Positions 13,857 through 26,478 of a stretch of DNA of 64,000 nucleotides are shown here, one piece after another. The notes beneath the pieces were generated by a model, which was not told the DNA's origin, ran no database searches, and worked only from the letters and a program-made list of their open reading frames with translations. The stretch lies in NCBI GenBank assembly GCA_951406725.2, contig OX597839.1, positions 17,732,001 through 17,796,000 on the forward strand, given 5' to 3'. This stretch comes from Octopus vulgaris. Its lineage: Eukaryota. Position numbers and translations under genes: made by a program. Position 1 is the stretch's first letter. The number at the start of each line of letters is the position of its first letter.

Positions 13857-14268
13857 ATACTCTTTACCCATTACTCTTTTACTTGTTTCAGTCATTTGAC
13901 TGTGGCCATGCTGGAGCACCGCCTTTAATCGAGCAACTCGACCCCAGTACTTATTCTTTTGTAAGCCCAGTATTTATTCTATCTGTCTCTTTTGCCAAAC
14001 CGCTAAGTAACGGGGACATAAACACACCAGCATCGGTTGTCAAGCAATGCTAGGGGGACAAACACAGACACAAACACACACATGCATATATATATACATA
14101 TATACTACGGGCTTCTTTCAGTTTCCATCAACCAAATCCACTGACAAGGCTTTGGTCGGCCCGAGGCTATAGTAGAAGACACTTGCTCAAGGTGCCACGC
14201 AGTCGGACTGAACCCAGAACCATGTGGCTGGTAAACAAGCTACTTACCACACAGCCACTCCTGCGCCT
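13857..14268 (-). mobile_element. SINE family A, near full length
   Basis: Reverse complement of the 12032-12436 element. Confidence 0.88.
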
Positions 14269-14989
14269 ATCAGACTTTAAAAATAAATACTGGAGCCAAT
14301 TTATTCTTCAAAGTAGTACCCAGATAGCTGTAAAAGTGAAAGTGAAAGAAGTAAAAGAGAAAAAAAAGTCAAATATTTAAAAGTTAGTTATAGACCATAA
14401 GGACGGGTAAAATTAAATGAATTAGTGGAGCAGTGTTAGTCTTGTTCAGTTAGCTTGATACGCTCAGTACCATTTAAACATTTTTCACTGGGGAAGTTTA
14501 TGATGAGGAAACCAACATCTATTGTGTAGTATAATTAGCCTACCAAATAGCCAAATCCCAAAAGTCAAAAGTTGTTTCATGAAAAACAGGATAATGAATG
14601 TTTACATACAGAGAGTGAATGAAAGAGAAAAATTGATCCTTGTACTATCCTGGGAACATTCATTAACCCATAAAGGTTGCAAATTAGAAACTTGTTAGCA
14701 TGTCAGACCAAATGTTAAGTGACATTTCTTCTGGCACTTTACATTCTGTGATCTGATCCCTCGGAAGTTTGCCTTTCTTCCTTTCAGGATCAATAAAGTA
14801 CCAGTTAAGTACTAGGGTCAATGTAATTGACTTGCCCCCTTTCAGGATCAATAAAATAAAGTAGCAGATAAGTACTGGAGTTAATGTAAATGACTTGCCC
14901 ACTCCTCTCAAAGCTGCTGGCCTTGAGCTAAAATTAGGGAGAATTATTGACCCACAATTGGATGAAGGACAAAATTGAATGCCGTTCCT

Positions 14990-15380
14990 AATGCCAAATC
15001 TTTCAATTTCAAAATTGATTGAAACAAGAGCAACATATTTTACAGGGATATGGTAACAAAAGGGTTAAAGTGATCTGAATTACAACCATTCCACAACATT
15101 TCATGTTTATCATTCTAACACCAGTTTAATAATAACTAAGTTATTTTACTAAATTCTTCATTATTTTCAAAATTAATTGTAAGAAAGGCAGTGTATTTCA
15201 ACGGAAATATGGTAACAATAGGGCAAAAGTGATCTAAATTAAAACCTTTTCTCAAAATGTCGTGTTTATTTATGTTATAAACACCGGCTTAATAACAAGA
15301 TGTTAACTGAATTGTTCATTATTTTCAAAATTAATTTAAACAAAAGCAGCATATTTAACAGAGATATGGTAGCAAATTTA
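14990..15380. repeat. Degenerate ~125-150-bp tandem of a MITE-like unit ending GTAACAAAAGGGTTAA
   Basis: Three units share TTTTCAAAATTAATT...ATATGGTAACAA. A related single copy is at ~39705-39860. Confidence 0.6.
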
Positions 15381-16133
15381 TACTCATGTAAATCATAGAG
15401 GGAAGATTCAAATCTAGTTAAAGTTAAGTATTTTGTATTGTTGTTTTTAGCGATATTTGTAGACACACACTTCAGTATCTTTATATTTCATTAGTACAGC
15501 ACAGGGGATAATTATATTATTAATGAATTTAAATGTTAGTGAATGCCTACAGCTTTGTTAACAAGAGAATTACTGTTTGCTCTTTTATTGCTTTCATTTT
15601 TTTTTTTCTTTTTGCATAGCTTTGGAAATTTTAACTTTGACTTCCTTTCACTAACAAAATAAATATGAATAACTATGAATATAATTGTTTATGAACTGCA
15701 CCGAGATATATAGTTACTGAAATGTGAGTCTACAGGTAAAGGAAAATATAAACAACAATAGTATAGTATTTTAACTAGATTTGAACCATCACTCTTTTGT
15801 TTTCTAATAAAGATTAAAAGAAATCTTGGAAAAAATTATTTTCCCATATTCAGCTGCAGGTATGGCTGTGTGGTTAAGAACCACATGATTTTGAGTTCAG
15901 TCCCACATTGTGGTACTTTTGGCAAATGTTTTCTACTTAAGTTCTGAGCCAACAAAAATGCCTTGTGAGTGCATTTTGGTTGACAGAAAGTATGTTGAAG
16001 CCTATCATGTATGTTTGTGTGTGTGTTCACGTGCATGTGTGTATGTGTATTTGTGTGTATATCATCATCATATATGTATATATATATCATCATCATCATC
16101 GTTTAGCGTCCGTTTTCCATGCTAGCATGGGTT

Positions 16134-16184
<51 letters not shown>

Positions 16185-16526
16185 ATATAGGGTAATAAAT
16201 TATTAATTTATAATTAATAAATTTCACCAAGTAGTTTCAGTATGGAAACGAACCATATTCGGTAAAAACTTATACAAGAAGTTTTATATATAATTATAAC
16301 AATAATTAAGGGTTTAGCAACAAGTTGCTTAACCACATACTGAAAAATTTAGAAATAGCAGTCAAAAGACCGTTATTTCTTTTCTTTTTTGCCTGTGTGA
16401 GTTACAGAGAGGGTTGTCTGTGGAGTCATATTTTGTAGCGAAAAGAAATAACGGTCTTTTGGCTGCTATTTCTAAATTTTTCAGTATGTGGTTAAGCAAC
16501 TTGTTGTTAAACCCTTAATTTTTGTT

Positions 16527-16530
<4 letters not shown>
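16185..16530. repeat. Fold-back element between (TA)n tracts; arms ~16300-16384 / 16440-16525
   Basis: AATTAAGGGTTTAGCAACAAGTTGCTTAACCACATACTGAAAAATTTAGAAATAGCAG... is mirrored by its reverse complement. Confidence 0.9.
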
Positions 16531-16563
<33 letters not shown>

Positions 16564-16722
16564 GGCACACACACACACACACACATATATATATAATATT
16601 AGATAATAAATCATATGGTATACACTTGGTAGCTTACCAGTAAAGCATGTTCGCTTTCACAGTGTTTGCTGTGTATTTGATTAATGAATGAGACAGAAGA
16701 TGGAAGACACAAGAATGTTTAT

Positions 16723-16831
16723 TAATCACTACAATTGTTTCGACCCATCTAGCATCAATCCCTCCAGGTGGGATACTAAGCAACTGGTTTAAGAGTATCT
16801 GTCTGTGTAGATGTGTCACTTCAAGTGATTA
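16723..16831 (-). ncRNA. Degenerate type-I hammerhead ribozyme with long stem II
   Basis: Minus strand: TAATCAC-TTGAAGT-GACACATCTA...TAGATGGGTC-GAA-ACAATTGT-A-GTGATTA. Stem I is 7 bp, stem II is 9/10 bp, stem III is palindromic, site GUA. Core deviates at positions 3 and 9. Confidence 0.55.
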
Positions 16832-17628
16832 CAAGATGTATCTTGTTAAAACAATGTCTCTTACGCAAGTTCTCTTTTTGGTATGTGTACACAAAAGCAG
16901 CAAATTAAGGGATCTAGCTTCATTATTATTATAGATCAATAAAAATCAAATGCAAAAAGAAACAAATACACAATACCGCAAAAGAAGTATTAAATATAAC
17001 CATTAGCAGATATGGATGTATAAATACCCTTGCTTAGGTTGTATCGTACAAACTTACAGGAAGATATAAGTATATGCACACATGTGGTTTGGTGCACATA
17101 TGCTCACACAGCAAATTAAACAGACACTTTGTGTTTATAAGAATGGGGAGGTTACAGTTAATTCATCCATACCATAAGGTAAATTACGGTTATTAATTTG
17201 GTTAACGATAACTCAAATTCATTCTCACTGCATTGTGCAAAAGTGCATTTATAAGCATGTAAACATATGGACAGGCTTTCAGAAATCCTTTTAATGATCT
17301 TCTCATTGGTCCACTGAAACAAAAAAAAAAAGACAAAAAATAACTAGAATGTATTTTATTAATCCGGCTCCCAAACTTTGATCCTATATTTTACATTGTT
17401 GAATAATTACCATATTTGATGATACTTAAGATATACATTTTTCCTAAAAGCGATGACTCAAAAAATATTGCCTTAAGTTCTGTATGTAATGTTAGGCCTT
17501 CCATAAGCTTTAATACATCAAAACCAGTTTTCTCCTGGATACCTAATGCTGTAACTGGAATGCATCTAATGTGCCATCAAGTAAAAAAATATTTTTAACC
17601 CTCCAAACCAAGAAAGAAATTAATATGC

Positions 17629-17852
17629 TAGTGATTCTCAACTGGGGCCCATATGGTCCTTGAGGGTCCATATAAGATTTTGTTGTTAAAATTTATCTGC
17701 AATAAATTGATTGTACTTCTACAATACACAAGATATTTTAACACTTTTTTTATACAGTTCCAAATAATATTTAATTATAAAAATATAATAGGATTTTTTA
17801 AACATCTGAGTAAAATAGGAATCAAAGTTTAAAAAATGATTGAGAAACACCA
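17629..17852. mobile_element. hAT-type MITE (degenerate copy of 33678-33913)
   Basis: TAGTGATTCTCAAC...GATTGAGAAACAC ends and shared internal sequence. Confidence 0.65.
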
Positions 17853-17869
17853 AATTGTACTAATTTAAT

Positions 17870-18067
17870 TTTATTTAATTTTTTAAAATTTAATTTTTAT
17901 TGGCTCAAAAAGCAAAAGCAAGGCCATATAGGGGACAGGGAGTTATGTACAGGGAGGATGGTCATAAAAAGAGTTCAGGCCATTTCTGGTCAATAGAGAC
18001 TTTGAACCGAGCATTCGTCGGCATCTTCACTATCTCGTCCGGCAAATTATTCCACGGATCCACAACC
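17870..18067 (-). mobile_element. CR1-type LINE 3' end
   Basis: Minus-strand translation VVDPWNNLPDEIVKMPTNARFKVSID matches the CR1 RVV..WN.LP..+V.....FK..+D motif, followed by a UTR and an A/T-rich tail. Confidence 0.75.
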
Positions 18068-19607
18068 TAGAAAGGAGCTGGAAGAGAAATAGACATGTAA
18101 ATGATAGCAAAATACCACACTAATGGTCTCTGATGAAGGCACAAGACTAGAAATTTTGAGTGTGGGTGGAGTTGATACCATTGACCTTTGTATTTGATTG
18201 GTACTTTATCAACACTGGATGTATGAAAAGCAAAGTTGCCCTCAGTAAGATTTGAACTTAGATTAAGAGCCAGAATGACAGCCACAAAGCATTTTCCTCT
18301 AATGCTCTAATGATTCTATCAGCTCTACAGCTTAAAAATACTGAAACATACTACATCAATGATGGGAAATTAAAAGTAAGAGAACATATATTATCATTTC
18401 TAAGTAGCCTTCAGCTATTTGGTCAGAGACGGGCTTTTGTTATGTCGCAGACTACTTTTACTACACAGTAGATGTTAGTCTCAGCCTTACCAAGCAAAAC
18501 CTCATTCATCAGTTTGAATGAAGTTTATTAGTGAGAAACATTTAAATGTTATTTAAGAATAATAAATTGGCAACAAATTTGATTTCTATTTCCTTCAATA
18601 TAATTACATACTGAATGTTTTCTGTATGTCAGTTGGATTATATTGTAAAATGATGATGCTTAGTTCTTCATTTGGGGTTACTGTGTGTGTTGATATATTG
18701 GGTTTTGTATGTATATGTGTGGAAACAGAGATGGTAGGAGCTCTAGAAAATACATAGGTGCATAAGAAGTTTGCTTCCCAACCACACAAATTCAAGTTCA
18801 GTCCCACTGTATGGCAACTTGCTCAGGTGTCTTCTACAATTGCTTTGAGTTGACCAAAGGCTTGTGAGTAAATTTGGCAGGTAGAAATTGAAAGAAGTCC
18901 ATCATATGCATGTGTGAATCTGTGTATGCATATGTGTGTGTATGTATGTGTGTGTGTGTAAATATATATATATATATCATCATCATCATCATCATTTAGC
19001 GTCCGTTCTCCATGCTAGCATGGGTTGGACGGTTCAACTGGGGTCTGTGAAGCTGGAAGGCTTCATCAGGCCCAGTCAGATCTGGCAGTGTTTCTATGGC
19101 TGGATGCCCTTCCTAACGCCATATATATATATATATATTTACACAGCTGGATATCCTTCCAAATGTTAACCATTTTTCAGTGTGAACTGGATGCTTTTTA
19201 TGTGGCACCAACACTGGCAGGGTCACCAAGTAAATTACAAGACAGGGAATTATGAGAGGGACAGGGGCATTTGAGGAGGGGAACTTGTGTCAGAGGATGA
19301 AAGGTTAGAGGGTGACAAAGAGACAGAGAGGTGTCTTGCTATAATGTAGGAATGTAAGTGCATGTCTGTATGTTACAGTGACTTTGCTTTGACTTCATAT
19401 GATAATTGTAACAAGTATCACCATCATCCAAGCAATGTCATTTGTTTACAAGCTTCTATAAAAACATGTCTGGTCATGGCGAAATATCAACTTACTTTGA
19501 AACAGGTGAGGATTTTTAACAGGAACAACATCCAGTCATAGGAAATCTGCCTCAACAAATTCTGTCTGACCCATGCAAGAATGGAAAAGTGGACATTAAA
19601 TCATGAT

Positions 19608-19638
<31 letters not shown>

Positions 19639-20109
19639 TTGTTGTTGTTGTAAGGCCATATAACAGTAAATCACTTCAGTAAGCCATCTAATATTTAAAT
19701 TTGCATAAATATTTAACCCACATTAGCAAAGAAACATCATGGAAACCCATTAAACAAAAATAAGCCCCCAAAAGATATTGTTTACAGAAATAATATATAG
19801 CAGTTAGTTCTGCTTCACTTAATAATTATTATGTTATTGAAAAATAAATTGTGTAGAGAGAGGTTTATAGTTTTCTAAATAAAATCTGGAAATCATATGG
19901 TAATTGTAAAAATATTCAATGAGAAATTCTCAATTACATTTTTTAGAGATAGATTTTTTTTCAGTGTTTTATAATTGTTTGGCTTTCATCATAAGATTTT
20001 TGAATATGATTGAAACAGTAAAAATGTTTCCCACCTGTAATAGCCCAGAATACAATTAATTGTATAGAATTGAAGTATGCACTGTTGCCATTCTGTGTGT
20101 TTGTGTATA

Positions 20110-20225
20110 CATTCATAAATGTGTGGGTGTGTGTATAGATATATTTATGTAAATATATACAGATTGCTTGATATTAATATATGTATATATGTACACACAT
20201 ATATTTTGATATGTGTGTATGTATG

Positions 20226-20272
<47 letters not shown>

Positions 20273-20281
20273 ATATATATA

Positions 20282-20328
<47 letters not shown>

Positions 20329-20612
20329 ATATATATGTGTGTGTATGTATATATATATGTATGTGCATATGTGTGTATGTCTATATATGTGTGTGTGTAT
20401 GCATATATATTTATGTATATATATGTATATGTAAATGTATATATATGTGTGTGTGTGTATGTGTGTACATATATATATATAGAGAGAGATATAAAGATAT
20501 ATATGTATACACAAATACACACATCAATTTATTTATATATTTCTATATACATATTTGTATGTATGTATATATGTGTGTGTATGTATGTGTGTGTGTATAC
20601 ATACACACACGT
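20110..20612. repeat. Compound (TG)n/(TA)n microsatellite
   Basis: Seen directly. It explains the cluster of C/V/Y/I-rich ORFs. Confidence 0.97.
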
Positions 20613-21039
20613 GCAGAGAAAGAAAGAGTTTACGCAATTGCCATGAAACAAAAGAAGGAATAGTAGTATAGGCTTGTTCAAAACATGTTATGTGAACTTC
20701 TGTAAAAATTCCTATACAATTAAGTTGAATATATACTGCCACTGTGCTTTAAATCATTCAACATTTCTGCCCTTCCTCTCAGCAGTATGTACATGAAGGA
20801 AGTAAACCTAAACAAACTATGGATAACCAATTTGATCTGTAAATTTTACTGTAAAACTGAAAATGCAATCTTCAAGACACTGTATTTTGCAGTTTGCAAG
20901 TTGATGTGTATCAGTTAAGTTTTAAACATAATCACTATTTTTCAAAATTCTGCTGCATTTCACATGGAAATTTTATCTTCTTTGTGAATTGGTCATGCTA
21001 TATCTATACAAATATGTATATATGTATTTATATATATGC

Positions 21040-21153
<114 letters not shown>

Positions 21154-21355
21154 AGGGTATGAGAGGTATTGGTGTCAAGAAAACCCAAAGGTATCAGGTA
21201 ATGCTGAGTGCTATGGTCAGACTATAGTTTCGATAATGATGTGAATGAGGAGTCCAACATAGGTCATGTAATAGCAAGCCTATATATAAAAATTAACAGA
21301 ATGAGATAAAAAATCCAAGGCTGTCAATAGTTTACAGAACATTTATAAAGAGAAG

Positions 21356-21403
21356 GTCTTACAGCTGTTTCTGGGATATTTTATATATCCCATCATCGGA
21401 GAC
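21356..21403 (-). ncRNA. Minimal type-I hammerhead ribozyme motif (U4C variant) in a PLE-like terminus (~21155-21480)
   Basis: Minus strand: GTCT-CCGATGA-TGGGATAT(ataaa)ATATCCCA-GAA-ACAGCTGT-A-AGAC. Confidence 0.65.
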
Positions 21404-22473
21404 GGTGCGAGAAAATGTTTAAGTAATAATTATTACAGAGAAGATATGAAAAAGTGGAGGAATGAAAACAGACATGAGATACGTAAGGATATTGTATTTG
21501 CAGTTCCAGTATTTAATCCATGGCCTATGCCAGTGGTGTAACCAGCCTACTTATGTATTGCTAGCGAAGACCTGTTGAGGCAAGTGAAATCACAATCAAA
21601 ATCAAATTTGCTGATGTGGTCAATGACAGCACTGCCTGACTGCCACCCATACCAGTGGAACATTAAAAGCACCATCTGCCAGGGCATTGCCAGGGCTGTT
21701 GACTGGCTCCCATGCTGGTGACACATAAAAAGCACCATCCGAGTGTGATTGTTACCAGCATCGCCTTACTGGCACTTGTGCCAGTGGCATGATTTTAAAA
21801 ACAACATTCGAGTGAGGTCATTGCCTGTGCAGCTGGACTGGCTCCTGTGCAGGTGGCACATAAAAAACATCATTTGAGTGTGGCCGTTGCCAGTACCACC
21901 TAACTGGCCTTCGTGTTGGTGGTACATAAAAGCACCCACTACACTCTCGGAGTGGTTGGTGTTAGGAAGGGCATCCAGCTGTAGAAACTCTGTCAGATCA
22001 GATTGGAGCCTGGTGCAGCCATCTTGCTCGTCAGTCCTCAGTCAAACCGACCAACCCATGCCAGCATGGAAAGTGGACATTAAACAATGATGATGAGGAT
22101 GATATACGTGTATATATATATATATATATATATATACGTGTATATGTATATATATATATATATATACAAAATGTATGTATGTGCAAGTTGTGAAGTATGT
22201 CTATGTGTTTGTTTATATCTCATTTCTCCAAAATTATTACATACAAGTAGTGTTGTTTTCAAATCATCCACTCATTTCATGCCTTTGAAGTCAAGGGGAA
22301 CAAGAAATCTTTTACTTGGAAAAGAGGTGAAAAAAAGTGGAGTATCCAGTTCTAAAACAATGGTTCAGGAATGTATTTGTCTAACTCATGCAGGCATGGA
22401 AATATAGACGTAAAACAAATGAAATTGAATGGTTGTCTGCAGATATACCTGCGTGTGTGTGTGTACATGCGTG

Positions 22474-22506
<33 letters not shown>

Positions 22507-22846
22507 ATATATATATATATATATATAAGCTTATGTGTCTGTCAGTGTATAGGTGTGTCCTACAGTACTCTTGAATATATGAAATTACTGAGTTTATGAA
22601 AATATGTGATGTTTTAATCACATTTATATATTTTTATTATAATCTGTTGGTTGCAAACTAAAATTATTTAATAAATATTTTATTATTTATTATTTTGTTA
22701 ACATATATCTTTTATTTTTATCAATTCATTGTAACTTTTTATTCTACATACATGTACATAGATATATGCTTGCTTACAGTCACTCGTATATGTATGCATT
22801 CATACTGCATATGTACCTCTGTATGTGTACATATATGTATATGAAT

Positions 22847-22882
<36 letters not shown>

Positions 22883-23179
22883 ACACACACACATATCTTA
22901 ATTTATATTCATTTTAATACACCAGACCTTTTATGTTGTTTCCCTTGGTAAATATTTACTGTCTCAACTCTTTATATATATGAATATAAATATTTATATG
23001 TATATAGATATATATATACATATATGTGTGTATGTGTGTGCTTATATATATTTATATATATATATACATATAGTCATGAATTTCCTGTTTGTTGTGTTGT
23101 TGGCTGTTTTTCATTTATTAATTTTTTACTTTCTGATTTATTTAACTTTATTTAATTTTTTAAAATCATATATATCACC

Positions 23180-23258
<79 letters not shown>

Positions 23259-23346
23259 GTGTATATACATACACACACTCGTGCACACACACGTATGTAT
23301 GTATATCTATATATGTATTAACTTTGTTGTTTTTCTTCTTTTGTAG

Positions 23347-23440
23347 TCATTACCATTCATGGAAGAAAACTCACCGCCAGAGAATTTGAGTGCATCATTC
23401 CGCAGCTTATATAAATCTGTTTTTGAACAACATAATAATG
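23347..23440 (+). CDS. Candidate 94-bp internal coding exon of an unidentified host gene (SLPFMEENSPPENLSASFRSLYKSVFEQHNN)
   Basis: Acceptor TTTTTCTTCTTTTGTAG and donor G|GTAAGTA. Only one frame is open. Non-repetitive sequence. Confidence 0.65.
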
Positions 23441-23777
23441 GTAAGTACTTTTAATGTTGCCGTTTCTGGCACCAGTGGAACTGACTGCTGGCACTGCTGG
23501 TAGTGTCAGCATGCCTACTGTTCCTGCTACTTCATCATCATCTTCCTCTCCTATCTATTACTAAAATGCTTCAGTTGAATTTTTTTTATATTTCAGTAAA
23601 AAAAAAAAAAGAGAAAAAAATTTAATAAAATAAAATTGAAAAAAAATCACTTTTCCTTTCTTTTTACATTGAAATGATAAAATAATATTTCCACATTATT
23701 GTTCCAGCTATTGAAAAGTGGATAAATAAATAAATAATAATTATAATAATAATAATATTAATAATAATAGTAATAGC

Positions 23778-23831
<54 letters not shown>

Positions 23832-25048
23832 TAATAAAAGCTGCTGGCATAATGCATTATTTCTTAATACTACAATGACTTAGTTGAAAGTTATATTGCA
23901 ATAAATATTGTCACACATGATCACCCTTTTTTTACCATATATACATAGATGTATATATGTATGTATGTAAATAATATGTATGTGAGTGTGTGCATGTATA
24001 TATATACACACACATACATACACAAGTATGTATATTGTAATCTATATTCTTTACTTTTGTCAAGCTTAATATAATCTTAGTTTGGCATTAACGACTTAAA
24101 TAGCGGCACTATTTATTTTCTTTTTTTTTTTTTGTTGAGGTGGGGTGTATTTTTTTAAAAAATTTTTTGTGCCGGAAATTTTTTTATTTTTATTTCCTTT
24201 GTATTTTTGTGTTGGTTTCATTTCTTTTTGTTTTTGTTTTCCTTCTCTTTCTCATTGTCTGTCTGACTTATTGAAATATATATATATATATATTTTTTTT
24301 TTTTCAAATTTCCATTGTAAAATTATGATTATATGATGGACAATAAGCAGAGGAGAAAGTTTTTATGTTCAATTTGGGGGAAGTAATTAAAATGTCGTGT
24401 GGACAGCGTAGACAATTGTCATCTAAGTGTAATGGATCAAGCATATGGTCCACTTCACTACTACTACCACTACTACTACTACTGTTGAAATAACTTCCCA
24501 GACTACAAATACTGTGATCGATATAATTGATTATATAGCATTGAAGGTGAAGCCTCAGCATGGCTGTTGTCAAATGACTGAAATTACTCTTTACAACCCT
24601 GTCGTTGCAGGTTCAATCTTTGGTTTATTGATCCCTTCCAACCATCACATTTAATCATTATATGATCTTTTTATAGCATTTATTGCTTTTACGAGGCTTT
24701 CTATTATCTATATTATAGGTTATATATGGTTCTTGCTAAAAGCATTTTAAGGTCTTAAGCAAAACCTTTGTTAAATTATAACTCCTCCCCTTGGAACTGA
24801 ATTTTCCTAAGGGTTTCTTCATGTCCTCTCATACTTATGAAATCATATTCTGTCCATTTATTTTGACTAATTTCTGTGTTTGTATGTTCACTTTGTTTTT
24901 CTTTATTTTGCACCCAACAGGTGGTTTATCCTTACTCTCCACTTTATATTCCTCTGTCTAATTCCACTATCTGATGCCTGTTTTCTAATTGCTCCTACCA
25001 TCCCTGTTCTCCTATATAGCTTTCTGTATATGTATATATATATATAAA

Positions 25049-25364
25049 CCAATTGCAGCGTGGAAGGTGTTTATAAGCCATTTAAGAAACACACAAAAGC
25101 CGTTAGATTCACTTCAACATTTAAATTTAATTTGTCAAAATATTTTCGTCGCTTTGAGACCGCAACCTGTTCACTGACAAAAATCTGTGCTGCAGGTTGC
25201 GGATTTTAGCGACGAAAATATTTTGACAAATTAAACTTGAAGTGAATCGAACAGCTTTTGTGTGTTTCTTAAATGGCTTATAAACACCTTCCATGCTGCA
25301 ATTGTTTTCGTTTCAGCACACGATCTCAGATCAAATTACTTGCTATGCAAGTACATCTCCGTAA
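25049..25364. mobile_element. Fold-back element in (TA)n (arms ~25050-25169 / 25193-25304)
   Basis: Long inverted repeat. Second copy at 61772-62097; diverged tail at ~39860-39985. Confidence 0.9.
25131..25181 (-). ncRNA. Minimal hammerhead ribozyme with G3-C8 swapped core
   Basis: Minus strand: TTTGTCA-GTGAACA-G-GTTGC(ggtctcaaa)GCGAC-GAA-AATATT-T-TGACAAA. Confidence 0.6.
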
Positions 25365-26439
25365 TATATATATATATATATATACATACATATATGTGTG
25401 TGTGTGCATATATATTGGATTGGATTGCCTATGTTCAATTCACTGCAAGATGAAGGCCTTGGCATGTACTCTCTACCAACCATGGCCTAAAGGGGATGCT
25501 GTGAATTTGAGCTTGAGATCACGCTGATGAGTCTGCTCTGCCACACTGGCTCAACATGGCTTGGCAGAGGAGTACAGTTTTCATTCTCTTACCCAGGAGT
25601 AATTAAGTTGATTACATTGACTCCAGTGCTTATTTTATTGATCCCAAAAGGATGAAAGGAAAAGTTGACCTCAACGGAATTTGAACTCAGAATGTAAGGA
25701 TGGATAAAATGCTACTTAGCATTTCGTCTAGCATGCTAACAATTCTGCCAAGTTGCCCCTCGACACACACACACACACATGCACACACGCACATGCATAC
25801 ACACACACACACACACGTATATATGGTGAACTCTCTTGTAGTAAACAACAAATGAGATTCCTGCAATATCCTACTGAACAACCTATCCAGATGATTTGTT
25901 CAGAGTGATCAAACGTTTGTGCTATACATTATTTCACCCACTCCATAAAACTGACATTGTCTGTGTGACACACATCAGATGTTAAAATTATCACAGAGCA
26001 ATGTAAAATGTAGTATTTTCCTTAAGAATACAACACACTGCTCGGTCCAGGAATCAGAATCATGATGTTGTGATTGTGAGTGCAACACACTTACCACTAG
26101 GCCATATGCCTTGTATCTAATCTACTACAAACTGCCAATGTAGCTAGAGCATGTCTCAATACTCAACAAGCCACCTCCATCTTTCTTTCTAACATTATCA
26201 TTTCCTTTTTATTCTATCTTTTTATTCTACAAAAACTCTTTCATTCCCTTTCCACTATAAAGAATGCCTTTATTTATTTGATTATCTATTTATTTGTAAT
26301 ATTATTCATCCATGTTTTAACTAATTCCTTTTTTTTTTCTTCTCTTTTTGCATAATTTGTTCTGCTTATATTCCTTAAATTCTTGATTTCTAAAATGATT
26401 TATGGTTTTTTTTTTTCTGAAAATATGTAGACATGTGTA

Positions 26440-26478
<39 letters not shown>

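Noticed and set aside
20113-20663. Several 100-175 aa C/V/Y/I/H/T-rich ORFs
   Set aside because: Translations of (TG)/(TA) repeats. The same applies to similar ORFs across the window.
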